Positions 41,820 to 51,199 of a stretch of 64,000 bases of DNA are shown one piece after another. The stretch covers positions 250,456-314,455 of the forward strand of contig JBFWMA010000001.1 in assembly GCA_050251875.1 (NCBI GenBank). Reading direction: 5' to 3'. The translations under genes were made by a program, and so were the position numbers. The stretch is from Deferribacterales bacterium (lineage in GTDB: Bacteria; Chrysiogenota; Deferribacteres; Deferribacterales; Geovibrionaceae). A model generated the notes under the pieces. That model searched no databases. It was not told the origin of the DNA and was given only the letters and a program-made list of their open reading frames with translations. Numbering within the stretch: the first letter of the stretch is position 1; the number at the start of each line of letters is the position of its first letter.

Positions 41820-42617
41820 TTAGTTTATCTTTGTGAGATTTACATCCATCTGCGGGAAAGGAATAGATATGCCTTCTTCGTCAAATCTGTTCTTAACTGT
41901 TTCAAGCGTATCGAAATACACATCCCAGTAAAGATCTGAGCTGACCCAGAGTCTGAATGCGAAATTAAGACTGCTGTCTCCGAGTTCCGCCAGAGCTATG
42001 GTAACAGCGGGATCTTTCATGATTCTTGCGTCTTTTGCGGCTATGTCAGCCAGAATGTCTTTTACCTTTTTGATGTCCGACTTATAGCTGACGCCGATGG
42101 TCAGATCCACTCTTCTGGTGTCCTTAGCGGAATAGTTGGTGATAGAGCCGCTGATGATGCCGGAATTGGGGACAATGATGATTTTGTTGTCAGGAGTTTT
42201 CAGCTGTGTTGTGAAGATCCCGATAACCTCAACTATACCCATCGTTCCGCCTGCCTCTATGAAGTTGCCAAGTGCAAAAGGACGGAATGTGATGATCATA
42301 ACTCCGGCGGCAAAGTTAGACAGTGAGTCTTTCAGAGCCAGACCGACAGCCAGACCGGCAGTGGCGAGCACCGCTACGATGGATGTGGTTTCTATTCCGA
42401 GCTGATTCAGCGCCGCTATGACAACCACAGTCATAGCTACATAATAGATGATGCCTGAAAGAAAATGTGACAGGGTGCTGTCCATTTTTCCTTTTTCCAT
42501 CAGAGATTCAGAGAATTTAGAAAGATATCTAGCCGCCAGGCGACCTAAAACAAGAATTATAACGGCAATGAGAACCTGCCAGCCGTATGTAGCAATATCC
42601 GGAAGCATATCGCTCAT
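41820..42617 (-). CDS. mscS: small-conductance mechanosensitive channel
   Basis: GLAVGLALKDSLSNFAAG, RPF..G, VPNS, GISIPFPQ. Confidence 0.95.
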   Translation of the reverse strand: MSDMLPDIATYGWQVLIAVIILVLGRLAARYLSKFSESLMEKGKMDSTLSHFLSGIIYYVAMTVVVIAALNQLGIETTSIVAVLATAGLAVGLALKDSLSNFAAGVMIITFRPFALGNFIEAGGTMGIVEVIGIFTTQLKTPDNKIIIVPNSGIISGSITNYSAKDTRRVDLTIGVSYKSDIKKVKDILADIAAKDARIMKDPAVTIALAELGDSSLNFAFRLWVSSDLYWDVYFDTLETVKNRFDEEGISIPFPQMDVNLTKIN

Positions 42618-42994
42618 ATAGGACCTCCCAAAATAAGAGTATTTACATCATATTAACACAAATAGGTTAGCTTGAAAATAGAGATTATGTGAAGAAAAAA
42701 CATGCTCAGTACACCACAAGTTGATTGACTACCAGGAGAATATCACCAGAATGGCTGAACAGACAAATGAATGGTTTGATATTGTATAGAAATTATCTAT
42801 GAAAATAATTAAATCACAGAACAAGACTTAACATATCGTAATTTGTTTGGATTGAGTGATTCTCTAAAGTTCTAGTATTAAAATATAAATATTATTATGT
42901 AATAGTGATATTTGTGGAATAAATTAATAGTTATTTTAGATATTTACCTATAAGTAAATGATGTTGGGATGCAACTGATTGATAATGAAATATC

Positions 42995-43237
42995 ATGAGG
43001 TTGAAATATATGGAATGTTATGATGATTTCATGAAGCGGGTGGCATCAAACATCAAAAAGATGAGGATGCAGCACTCGAAAACAGTTGAAGATGTTGCCA
43101 TTGAGGCACTGGGGCACAGCTCCAGCGCTTTTTTCAGTCAGGCAGAAAATTATAAGAACGGGAAACATTTTAACCTGAAGCATATTTTTCTGCTGGCAGA
43201 ATACTTTCAATGCAAAGTAACAGATATATTGTCATAA
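42995..43237 (+). CDS. XRE-family helix-turn-helix protein
   Basis: NIKKMR...VEDVA..ALGH..AFFSQAEN...FNLKHIFLLAEYF pattern. Confidence 0.7.
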   Translation: MRLKYMECYDDFMKRVASNIKKMRMQHSKTVEDVAIEALGHSSSAFFSQAENYKNGKHFNLKHIFLLAEYFQCKVTDILS

Positions 43238-44308
43238 ATCGGAGCAGCTGCTGAACGATAGCATGAACTCTGCTCCATTCTCTCTGTTATCCGCCCTAAT
43301 ACTTCCTTTGTATAAATTAGTCACTATGTTTTTGGTAATATAAAGTCCAAGTCCGGACGAACCTCTGTTCTTTGTTGAAAAACCGGACGTGAATATGCTC
43401 TTGAGGTGTTCTTCTGGGATTCCTCCGCCTGTATCTCTGACAGAGATATTTATCATGCCGTCATTTTCCGTCAGCTTCAGCTCTATGTCTCTGCGCTGCT
43501 TGTCTTTTACGGCCTCGGCGGCGTTGCCCACAAGATTTATGAGCGCCTGTTGCAGTGTGCCTCTGCTGCCCCGCATCAGCATCCTTTTTGTGTCGCATCT
43601 CTGCACGCCTGTCCGGCTGATGTCGCATGTTCTGTCGCCGCAGCAGCACACTGAAGTGTACCGGATTCCGGATTTTTTAAACTGTGGTTCCATCAGGCTG
43701 AATATCAGCGGCATGCAGTCCCGCACATCAAAAATATCCTGCCCGCTGCCCGGTGTCATGTACTCGAGGAAATCCATGACTGTGGAAGCCATGTGGTTTA
43801 TCAGCCCCATGTATTCTCCGGAAAATCTGTCCGCTGTTCTGCTGTCTGCCATTCCCATCCTGACATCATCCGCAAAATCTGCGCAAAGCAGGCTGAGTGA
43901 GTTCAGAGGCTGTTTCCACTGGTGGGCGATATCGGTCAGTCTGCCTCCGGATTCAGTCAGCGTCAGAAACGGGAACGCTGGTTTAGATATATCAGTCATC
44001 CTCGTGGTCTCTGTGAGCGAAATCATAAAATTATTCTGATATGGATATACTGCCGACAGGGCGAGCTTTCCGCCTTCCGGGCAGATGATGGATATCTCTC
44101 TGGGCGGGACAGATCCCTCAGCCTGTATAGCGGACAGCAGATATCTGGCGCCGGCTTCGTCTGTGATGGACGAAAGAGCGGTTCCCGCACATTCCGCCTG
44201 CTCTGATCCGGTCAGACGGCAGAAGGAATCATTGCATTTTATCACCTCTGCCTCTCTGTTGGCGATCAAAGCCGGTAGGGGCAGTTCTCTAAAAAAAGTA
44301 TCATTCAT
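43232..44308 (-). CDS. cytoplasmic PAS sensor histidine kinase
   Basis: PAS-like N-terminus, IAHQWKQPL, NLVGNA, DTGGG, FSTK..GSSGLGL. Start trimmed to MNDTFF because the longer ORF overlaps ilvA antisense. Confidence 0.85.
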   Translation of the reverse strand: MNDTFFRELPLPALIANREAEVIKCNDSFCRLTGSEQAECAGTALSSITDEAGARYLLSAIQAEGSVPPREISIICPEGGKLALSAVYPYQNNFMISLTETTRMTDISKPAFPFLTLTESGGRLTDIAHQWKQPLNSLSLLCADFADDVRMGMADSRTADRFSGEYMGLINHMASTVMDFLEYMTPGSGQDIFDVRDCMPLIFSLMEPQFKKSGIRYTSVCCCGDRTCDISRTGVQRCDTKRMLMRGSRGTLQQALINLVGNAAEAVKDKQRRDIELKLTENDGMINISVRDTGGGIPEEHLKSIFTSGFSTKNRGSSGLGLYITKNIVTNLYKGSIRADNRENGAEFMLSFSSCSDL

Positions 44309-44479
44309 TAGGCTTGTTTCCGGTAAATCAGGATAAGTATTTTTACACCTTGTATAGAATAGAAACAAGTTGAATTTACCCATAGGTAATAAAAAAATCA
44401 GAATAATAATATTTAGCTTAGGCAAAAGCAAATGCTTAAAATAGTTTGCATTTGTATCAGATATGATTAAAATATCGAT

Positions 44480-45676
44480 ATGTATAACGAGATAAGCCAG
44501 GCGCACGACAGAATAAAAAAATATATCAAACACCTTCCGCTCTACTATTCCAATAATTTTTCGGAAAAGACCGGAGCGGACATCTATTTTAAGCTGGAGA
44601 GCCTTCAGCGTACCGGTTCGTTCAAGATCAGGGGGGCGCTGAACTGCATCCTGAAAAATCTTCAGAAATGCTACGACGGCATCATCGCCGCATCCGCCGG
44701 AAACCATGCCCAGGGTGTTGCTTTCAGCGCGAAGACTCTGGGGATACACGCCGTGATAGTCATGCCGGAATTCACTCCTATGGTCAAGGTGGCTAACACT
44801 CAGGCATATGGTGCGGAGGTTATTCTCCACGGCCAGTCATTCGAAGACGCTTATAAACACGCGCTGAAGATATCGGCGGAGCGCAGTCTCTATTTTGTGC
44901 ATCCCTTTGATGATCTGGATGTCATAGCCGGGCAGGGCACCATCGCCTATGAGATACTCTCTGAAAAACCTGATATCGATCAGATAATTGTCCCCGTGGG
45001 CGGCGGCGGTCTGATATCCGGCATCGCTGAATATGTGAAAGGATTCAACCCGAAGATAAAAGTGATCGGCGTTCAGGCGGAGGAAGCCGCCGGGATGGTG
45101 AGCAGTCTGTCGGAAGGCAGGGTGGTGAGCCTGTCCACATCGGCGACTTTTGCCGAGGGGATCGCTGTTAAGCAGGTGGGCGCGAATACGTTCAAATGCT
45201 GTCAGAACTGTGTTGACGAGCTGGTTACGGTTTCCGAGAGCGAGATTGCTCTCGCCGTTCTGGAATATATAGAAAGAGCAAAGCTCGTGGTGGAGGGCGC
45301 AGGCGCCGCACCGCTGGCGGCTCTTCTGGCGGGCAAGATAGACGTGGACAACAAAACGTCTGTTCTGGTGGTTTCCGGCGGCAACATCGACGTCACCACC
45401 ATCAGCCGGATAATCAGCAGAGGCATGACCGCCACCGGGCGCTTCATGACCGTGTCCATCATCCTGCGTGACGTTCCGGGGGCTCTGACTTCTCTGTCTC
45501 AGGAGATCAGCAGTCTTCAGGCGAACATCCACGAGATAGTCCACATCCGAAACGACCAGAAGGTACCTCTGAACCAGAGCCGTGTGAACGTCTCTCTGGA
45601 GACCAGAGGACAGGATCACATCAACAGAATCATGGAGAGGCTTGGTTCTCTTTACGAGGTTACCAGACTGGTATGA
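44480..45676 (+). CDS. ilvA: threonine ammonia-lyase (with C-terminal ACT domain)
   Basis: QRTGSFKIRGA, ASAGNHAQG, PVGGGGLISG, SGGNID, DVPGAL. Confidence 0.94.
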   Translation: MYNEISQAHDRIKKYIKHLPLYYSNNFSEKTGADIYFKLESLQRTGSFKIRGALNCILKNLQKCYDGIIAASAGNHAQGVAFSAKTLGIHAVIVMPEFTPMVKVANTQAYGAEVILHGQSFEDAYKHALKISAERSLYFVHPFDDLDVIAGQGTIAYEILSEKPDIDQIIVPVGGGGLISGIAEYVKGFNPKIKVIGVQAEEAAGMVSSLSEGRVVSLSTSATFAEGIAVKQVGANTFKCCQNCVDELVTVSESEIALAVLEYIERAKLVVEGAGAAPLAALLAGKIDVDNKTSVLVVSGGNIDVTTISRIISRGMTATGRFMTVSIILRDVPGALTSLSQEISSLQANIHEIVHIRNDQKVPLNQSRVNVSLETRGQDHINRIMERLGSLYEVTRLV

Positions 45677-46641
45677 TTTACTCTGTGAAACAGACGGTGG
45701 TTTCGGCTTTTCAGGAATCTTATCATATACTTATATCTCTGTTCAAAATACTCGTTCCCATGATTATACTCATCAAAATACTGGAGATGACCGGGTTTGT
45801 CGCCATATTGGGCATGGCGCTGTCCCCCGTGATGTATCTGGTCGGTCTTCCGGGCGAGATGGGGCTGGTATGGGCTTCTGCTCTGATGACAAATATTTAC
45901 GGCGGCATAGTGGTTTTCGTGGCTCTGGCTAAGGGGCTGGACATGACTGTGGCGCAGGTGACTGTCATCGCCTCCATGATGCTGATGGCGCACGCTATTC
46001 CGGTGGAGGTACAGATAGCTAAGAAGGCGGGGACCAGGTTCATCGCCATGACCGCTTTCCGTGTGGTTTCTGCTCTGATATACGGTGTCATACTGAACAT
46101 TATATACACAGCGACAAACACTCTGACAGAACCTGCGAAGGTGCTTTGGTCGCCCCCCGTCCGTGAAAACACGCTGATTGGCTGGGCAACGGGACAGGCG
46201 CAGAATCTGCTGTCCATCGCCGTGATCGTGACTCTTCTGGTTTTTCTGATGAAACTTCTGAAGGTGCTCGGCATCATCAATATAATAAACTCCGCCTGCG
46301 GACCTCTGCTGAAGGTGATGGGGATAGGAAAAGACGCCGCATACGTTACTATGGTGGGCTTTACCCTGGGGCTGACATACGGCGGCGGACTGATCATAAA
46401 CGAGGCGAAATCCGGCAAACTGACCCACAGAGACATCTTCTTCGGGCTGGCTTTCATGGGCATCTGCCACTCCATGATAGAGGACACTCTGCTGATGGTT
46501 TCCATCGGCGGGCATCTGTCCGGTCTTCTGTGGATACGCACGATATTCTCAGTTCTTTTGACCGCTCTGGTGGTGCGGCTGTCTGCCATGATGTCCGACA
46601 GGGTATTTTACCGCTATCTCTTCCTGAACCAAAACGCCTGA
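45673..46641 (+). CDS. nucleoside-recognition (Gate) domain membrane protein
   Basis: Multi-TM; LSPVMYLVGLPG, GLTYGGG, CHSMIEDTL. Confidence 0.75.
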   Translation: MIYSVKQTVVSAFQESYHILISLFKILVPMIILIKILEMTGFVAILGMALSPVMYLVGLPGEMGLVWASALMTNIYGGIVVFVALAKGLDMTVAQVTVIASMMLMAHAIPVEVQIAKKAGTRFIAMTAFRVVSALIYGVILNIIYTATNTLTEPAKVLWSPPVRENTLIGWATGQAQNLLSIAVIVTLLVFLMKLLKVLGIINIINSACGPLLKVMGIGKDAAYVTMVGFTLGLTYGGGLIINEAKSGKLTHRDIFFGLAFMGICHSMIEDTLLMVSIGGHLSGLLWIRTIFSVLLTALVVRLSAMMSDRVFYRYLFLNQNA

Positions 46642-46678
46642 TATCAGTCATATACCTTATATAGTCTGAAGGTGTGCC

Positions 46679-49399
46679 ATGAAAAAATATCTCATATTCC
46701 TTTTATCTGTTGTTCCTGTTCTGTCATTCGCGGCTAAAGATGTTTCCGAGATCACCGCTTCGTTCAATCCGGCGGCTAAAACCATATCCGGTACCGTGGA
46801 CGGAAAAGAGTTCACCTGCTCCATGCAGGGGGACGGTCATGTGTTCATCACCGACAGATCATGTGATGACATGAACATATCCGCATATGAAATGGAGCTG
46901 GCGATACCGAAGAGATATACAGTCGTGGCGGAATCAGACAGAGCCGTCAGGACAAAGAAAGGATATAAGATTTCGCTGGAGCATGCGGACGGTTTTCCCG
47001 TTATAGCTGTTTCCGACAGCTGGAAGGAGAAATCGGACACCTATAAAGGCATAGTAATCAGTACATATTTCACAGGAGAGAACGACAGATTCGCCGATTC
47101 TTATTTATCAAAAACAAAAGAGCTCCTTGATACATATCTGAAAATATTCGGAAAATATCCTTACGGCAGGTTTTCCATAGCAGACGTGCCCTATCCGGTG
47201 GGGCATGCGCTGGTATCGCTGACATTCATCTCCGACAGAATCGTATCTATGCCTTTCATGCTGAACACATCGCTGGGGCATGAGCTCTTTCACCAGTGGA
47301 TGGGCGTTTCCGTGGATACGAAACAGGGGGACGGCAACTGGGCGGAGGGGCTGACAACCTACATGGCGGACAGGCTCTACAGCGAGACGGGCGGAATCGG
47401 AGCGGAGTACAGAAAAGGCGCTCTGCTGAATGTGATGTCCAACGCCAGACAGAAAGAGGACGGCACATGCCTGCTGGGGTTCGAGTATAAGAAGGATAAC
47501 ACATCACAGGCGGTGGGATATTCTAAATCTATGATGGTATTCTCCATGCTTGAGGAGCTTTCAGACGATAAATTTAATGACGGGCTTAAACTGCTCTATG
47601 ACAGATATAAATATTCCGAAGCGTCATGGGACGATATCCAGAAAGCGTTTGAGCAGGCATCCGGAAAAGATTTCGGAGCTTTTTTTGACGGCTGGCTGGC
47701 AGAAACGGCTCTGGCTGAGTTCGATATCACCGATATAAATGTAGCAGGCGAGGCAAACGGCTTTTCTGTGTCATTTACCGTGAAAAATAAATACGAATGG
47801 CTGAACTATCCTCTGGAAGTGATTGTTAAAACAGACGGAAAGAATATTCGAAAAACTATATATATCTCGAAAAAAACGGAGAAATTTAACATCCTCACAG
47901 CGGACAGACCGAAAAACCTGATAATCGATCCGGAGTACAGAACAGCCAGGATGATTGACAGTGAAGAGATTTATCCCACTATGTACGCTCTGTTTTCTAA
48001 ATATCCGAAGGCGGTTTTTGTAAACAAAAGAGACATGCCGAAATTCTCTAAGATGATAGAACAGATAGATAAAGCCGTGGTGTACGATGACGGCGTAAAT
48101 CCTTATCAGCATACGGATAAGATAATGGTCTTTCTGGGTGAGGAGAATGATGCGTATAAGAAGCTGTATGACAAAAGGGTGACCGACAGCATGTATGATT
48201 TCGGGGCGTATGCTCTGGTGAACCCGCTGTATCCTGAGCGGACGGCGTATCTGATATCCGAGAAGGACGCCGACAGCATCGCTTCGAATTTCAGCAGGGT
48301 TAGACATTACGGCGGATATTCGGCTGTGATAATAGGCGGCGGAAAAGCGCTGACACGCACCGATGACGCCTCTCATGGAACGGTTTATGATCTGACTGAC
48401 GACAGACAGGGGGTGAAGGTGGACAGGTCGCTTTCTCTGGAAGATATAGTGAACGGCACAAAGAATTCCGGCGTTTATTACATTGGCGAGAGCCACACGT
48501 CTTTCGCTCATCACCTGAATCAGCTTGAGCTGGTGAAACAGCTTGTCTCTGCCGGAAAGGATGTCGCCATCGGGCTGGAGATGATTCAGAAACCGTTTCA
48601 GAAGTATCTGGACAGCTACATAAAAGGCGACATCACAGAAAAAGAGATGCTGAAAAAGACAGAATATTATGACAGATGGCGGTTCGATTTTCGTATGTAC
48701 CGCCCTGTTTTCGCATATGCCAGAGAGAACAGAATCCCCCTTATCGCTCTGAACGCCCCTGCCGAACTGACAAAAAAAGTTTCAGCAGGAGGCATCCGCT
48801 CGCTCACCGATGCAGAGGTGAAGGAGCTTCCGGAGATCAGATATACGGCGGGAAGATATAAAGATTTTCTGAAAGGCGTGTTCGAGCGGCACGAAAAGGA
48901 CAATTTCGAAAACTTTTACGAATCCCAGCTCCTTTGGGACGAGACAATGGCGGACAGCACCGGAAGATATATGAAGGAACATCCGGAAAAGACAATGGTG
49001 ATAATGGCTGGCGGAGGACACATCGCCTATAAAGAGGCGATACCGGAGAGGCTGTTCAGACGGAACGGCGTCAGCTACACAGCCATAGTTCAGGATGAGG
49101 AGCCCACGGGCGGAGTCGCCGATTATGTGCTTTATCCGGCGGAGATGGAATACGCTTCGTCCCCCATGATAGGCGTCATGCTGGAAGAGGGCAGTCTGGA
49201 AGTGAAAGGATTTTCTGACGAAAGTCCCGCCGGAAACGCCAGTGTGAAGAAGGGCGATATCCTGACGGAGTTCAACGGAACCAGACTGAACGCCCTGAGC
49301 GATCTTAAGCTGGAACTGCTTTACGCCGAAAAAGGCGGAACATATGATCTGACTGTCATGCGTGAGGGAAAAGCTGTTAAGCTGAAAGTGACGCTCTGA
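46679..49399 (+). CDS. exported M1-type zinc aminopeptidase fused to ChaN-like and PDZ domains
   Basis: HELFH...WAEG (HExxH-18-E); YIGESH...HH..QL...GLEM, QLLWDETMA, GGGH; C-terminal SPA...KGDIL. Confidence 0.85.
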   Translation: MKKYLIFLLSVVPVLSFAAKDVSEITASFNPAAKTISGTVDGKEFTCSMQGDGHVFITDRSCDDMNISAYEMELAIPKRYTVVAESDRAVRTKKGYKISLEHADGFPVIAVSDSWKEKSDTYKGIVISTYFTGENDRFADSYLSKTKELLDTYLKIFGKYPYGRFSIADVPYPVGHALVSLTFISDRIVSMPFMLNTSLGHELFHQWMGVSVDTKQGDGNWAEGLTTYMADRLYSETGGIGAEYRKGALLNVMSNARQKEDGTCLLGFEYKKDNTSQAVGYSKSMMVFSMLEELSDDKFNDGLKLLYDRYKYSEASWDDIQKAFEQASGKDFGAFFDGWLAETALAEFDITDINVAGEANGFSVSFTVKNKYEWLNYPLEVIVKTDGKNIRKTIYISKKTEKFNILTADRPKNLIIDPEYRTARMIDSEEIYPTMYALFSKYPKAVFVNKRDMPKFSKMIEQIDKAVVYDDGVNPYQHTDKIMVFLGEENDAYKKLYDKRVTDSMYDFGAYALVNPLYPERTAYLISEKDADSIASNFSRVRHYGGYSAVIIGGGKALTRTDDASHGTVYDLTDDRQGVKVDRSLSLEDIVNGTKNSGVYYIGESHTSFAHHLNQLELVKQLVSAGKDVAIGLEMIQKPFQKYLDSYIKGDITEKEMLKKTEYYDRWRFDFRMYRPVFAYARENRIPLIALNAPAELTKKVSAGGIRSLTDAEVKELPEIRYTAGRYKDFLKGVFERHEKDNFENFYESQLLWDETMADSTGRYMKEHPEKTMVIMAGGGHIAYKEAIPERLFRRNGVSYTAIVQDEEPTGGVADYVLYPAEMEYASSPMIGVMLEEGSLEVKGFSDESPAGNASVKKGDILTEFNGTRLNALSDLKLELLYAEKGGTYDLTVMREGKAVKLKVTL

Positions 49400-51199
49400 T
49401 TATCTTTTCTTCTTTTTCACCAGAGCGCATTTGCCCGTGGCGCATTTTTTTGACGCCTGCGGTTTTGGTCTCTGTGACCCGGTCTTCTTTTTCGGGGCGG
49501 GTTTGTGAAACTCTTTGGACGTAACCATCGCTTTCTGCCTGATCTTCTTTGATGTTTCTTTCTCCACATAGATATGCTCCCCGGTAAAGGGGTCAGTCTC
49601 TGTGTAGTACATCAGAGCGGAATAGGTGGATGGCAGAGGAGTGAATATCTGTACCTGTTCCGGATTTATCTTAAGCTCTTTTGACGTGAAGTTTTTCAGC
49701 TTCTCCATATCGCCCAGAGAACATCCAGGATGGGCGGCTATGAGATAATATGTAAGATACTGTCTTTTATTTTGTTTCTTGTTTTCTTTGTTAAACGCTT
49801 CTACAAATTTTTTCAGAACTCCGGATGAGGGTTTCCCCATCAGGTTCAGCACTCTGTCCTCTGTATGTTCCGGAGCTATCTTGAGCTGTCCGCTGACGTG
49901 GTATTTCACCAGATTTTCCAGATACTGTCCGCCGAATTTCGTATCGTCTATTATCATGTCGTATCGGATGCCTGACGCAATGAAGACACGTCTGACGCCT
50001 CTGATATTTCTGACGGCGGCGAGCAGACTGCTGACCTTTCTGTGATCCGCAGGCATCTGATCGCATTTGGCGGGGAACAGACAGCGTTTTTCGGGGCATC
50101 TGCCGTGCTGTTTCTTCTTTTTACATTCCATTCCGTACATATTCGCGGTGGGTCCGCCAACATCGTTGATGATCCCGTTAAAATTTTCCATGGAGGCGTA
50201 TCTCTCCACCTCTTTTACAACGGAGTGTTCCGTGCGTTCGGATATGGTAGTGCCCTGATGCACGGCTATAGCGCAGAAACTGCACTCTCCGTAGCATCCT
50301 CTGTGTGTCGTCACAGAGTTTCTGACCGTGTCTATCGCTTTCACCTGACCGTCTTTGGCATAGAAGGGGTGTACCTTGTAGGTGTAGGGGAGCTCGTAAT
50401 AGCTGTTCAACTCCACTCTGTCCGGTGTTTCAGACGGAGGGTTCTGTATGAGATACCGTGTATCCTGTTTCTGAGCCAGACCCTTTGCCGTGATCGGGTC
50501 GTTGTTCTTATAGAATGTATGGAACATCTGGATGAATTTCTTTTTGTCCTTCAGGCAGTCTTCGTGGGAAGGCAGCTCGAGGAATCCGGCGGGTATGTCT
50601 TTTGATATGTAGCAGAGTCCTCTTATTGTGGAGGTGTCTTTGCCGTCTTTCAGCGCCTTCGCCAGCGCCAGAATCGTTTTTTCGCCCATACCGTATATCA
50701 GGTAGTCAGCCTTGGAATCGAAAAGCACGGACTTTCTGAGCGTATCGCTCCAGAAGTCGTAGTGAGTGACCCTGCGGAGGCTTGCCTCTATTCCGCCGGC
50801 CACTATGGGCGCTGTATTTTTAAAATTTCTTCTTATCAGGTTTGTATAGGTGATGACGGCACGGTCAGGGCGTCTGGTATTTTCGCCTCCGGGTGTGAAG
50901 TCATCGCTCTTTCTGGGTTTTTTCGAAGCGGTGTAGTTAGCCACCATGGAATCCACGCATCCGCCTGAAACACCCCAGAAGAGTTTCGGCTCGCCCAGTC
51001 TGGCGATTTCTTCGTTGTTTATGTCAGGCTGCGCTATGATGGCTGTTTTGTATCCGGCTGATTCCAGCAGACGCCCGAGCAGGGCAGTCCCGTTATATGG
51101 CGAATCCAGATAGGTATCGCCGCAGACGAGTATCACGTCGGGGCGTTCTCCGCCCAGTTCTTCCGGTGTCGTGGGCAGAAATGTTGTGTTTTGTCTCAT
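49400..51199 (-). CDS. ygiQ: YgiQ-family radical SAM protein
   Basis: GDTYLDSP, DSMVANYT, RGCYGECSFC, DVGGPTANMY, LKIAPEH, AHPG. Confidence 0.93.
   Translation of the reverse strand: MRQNTTFLPTTPEELGGERPDVILVCGDTYLDSPYNGTALLGRLLESAGYKTAIIAQPDINNEEIARLGEPKLFWGVSGGCVDSMVANYTASKKPRKSDDFTPGGENTRRPDRAVITYTNLIRRNFKNTAPIVAGGIEASLRRVTHYDFWSDTLRKSVLFDSKADYLIYGMGEKTILALAKALKDGKDTSTIRGLCYISKDIPAGFLELPSHEDCLKDKKKFIQMFHTFYKNNDPITAKGLAQKQDTRYLIQNPPSETPDRVELNSYYELPYTYKVHPFYAKDGQVKAIDTVRNSVTTHRGCYGECSFCAIAVHQGTTISERTEHSVVKEVERYASMENFNGIINDVGGPTANMYGMECKKKKQHGRCPEKRCLFPAKCDQMPADHRKVSSLLAAVRNIRGVRRVFIASGIRYDMIIDDTKFGGQYLENLVKYHVSGQLKIAPEHTEDRVLNLMGKPSSGVLKKFVEAFNKENKKQNKRQYLTYYLIAAHPGCSLGDMEKLKNFTSKELKINPEQVQIFTPLPSTYSALMYYTETDPFTGEHIYVEKETSKKIRQKAMVTSKEFHKPAPKKKTGSQRPKPQASKKCATGKCALVKKKKR

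Noticed and set aside
44309..44830. N-terminal 174 aa of the 532-aa kinase ORF
   Set aside because: Runs antisense through ilvA and the AT-rich promoter gap; the kinase domains begin at about 44308.
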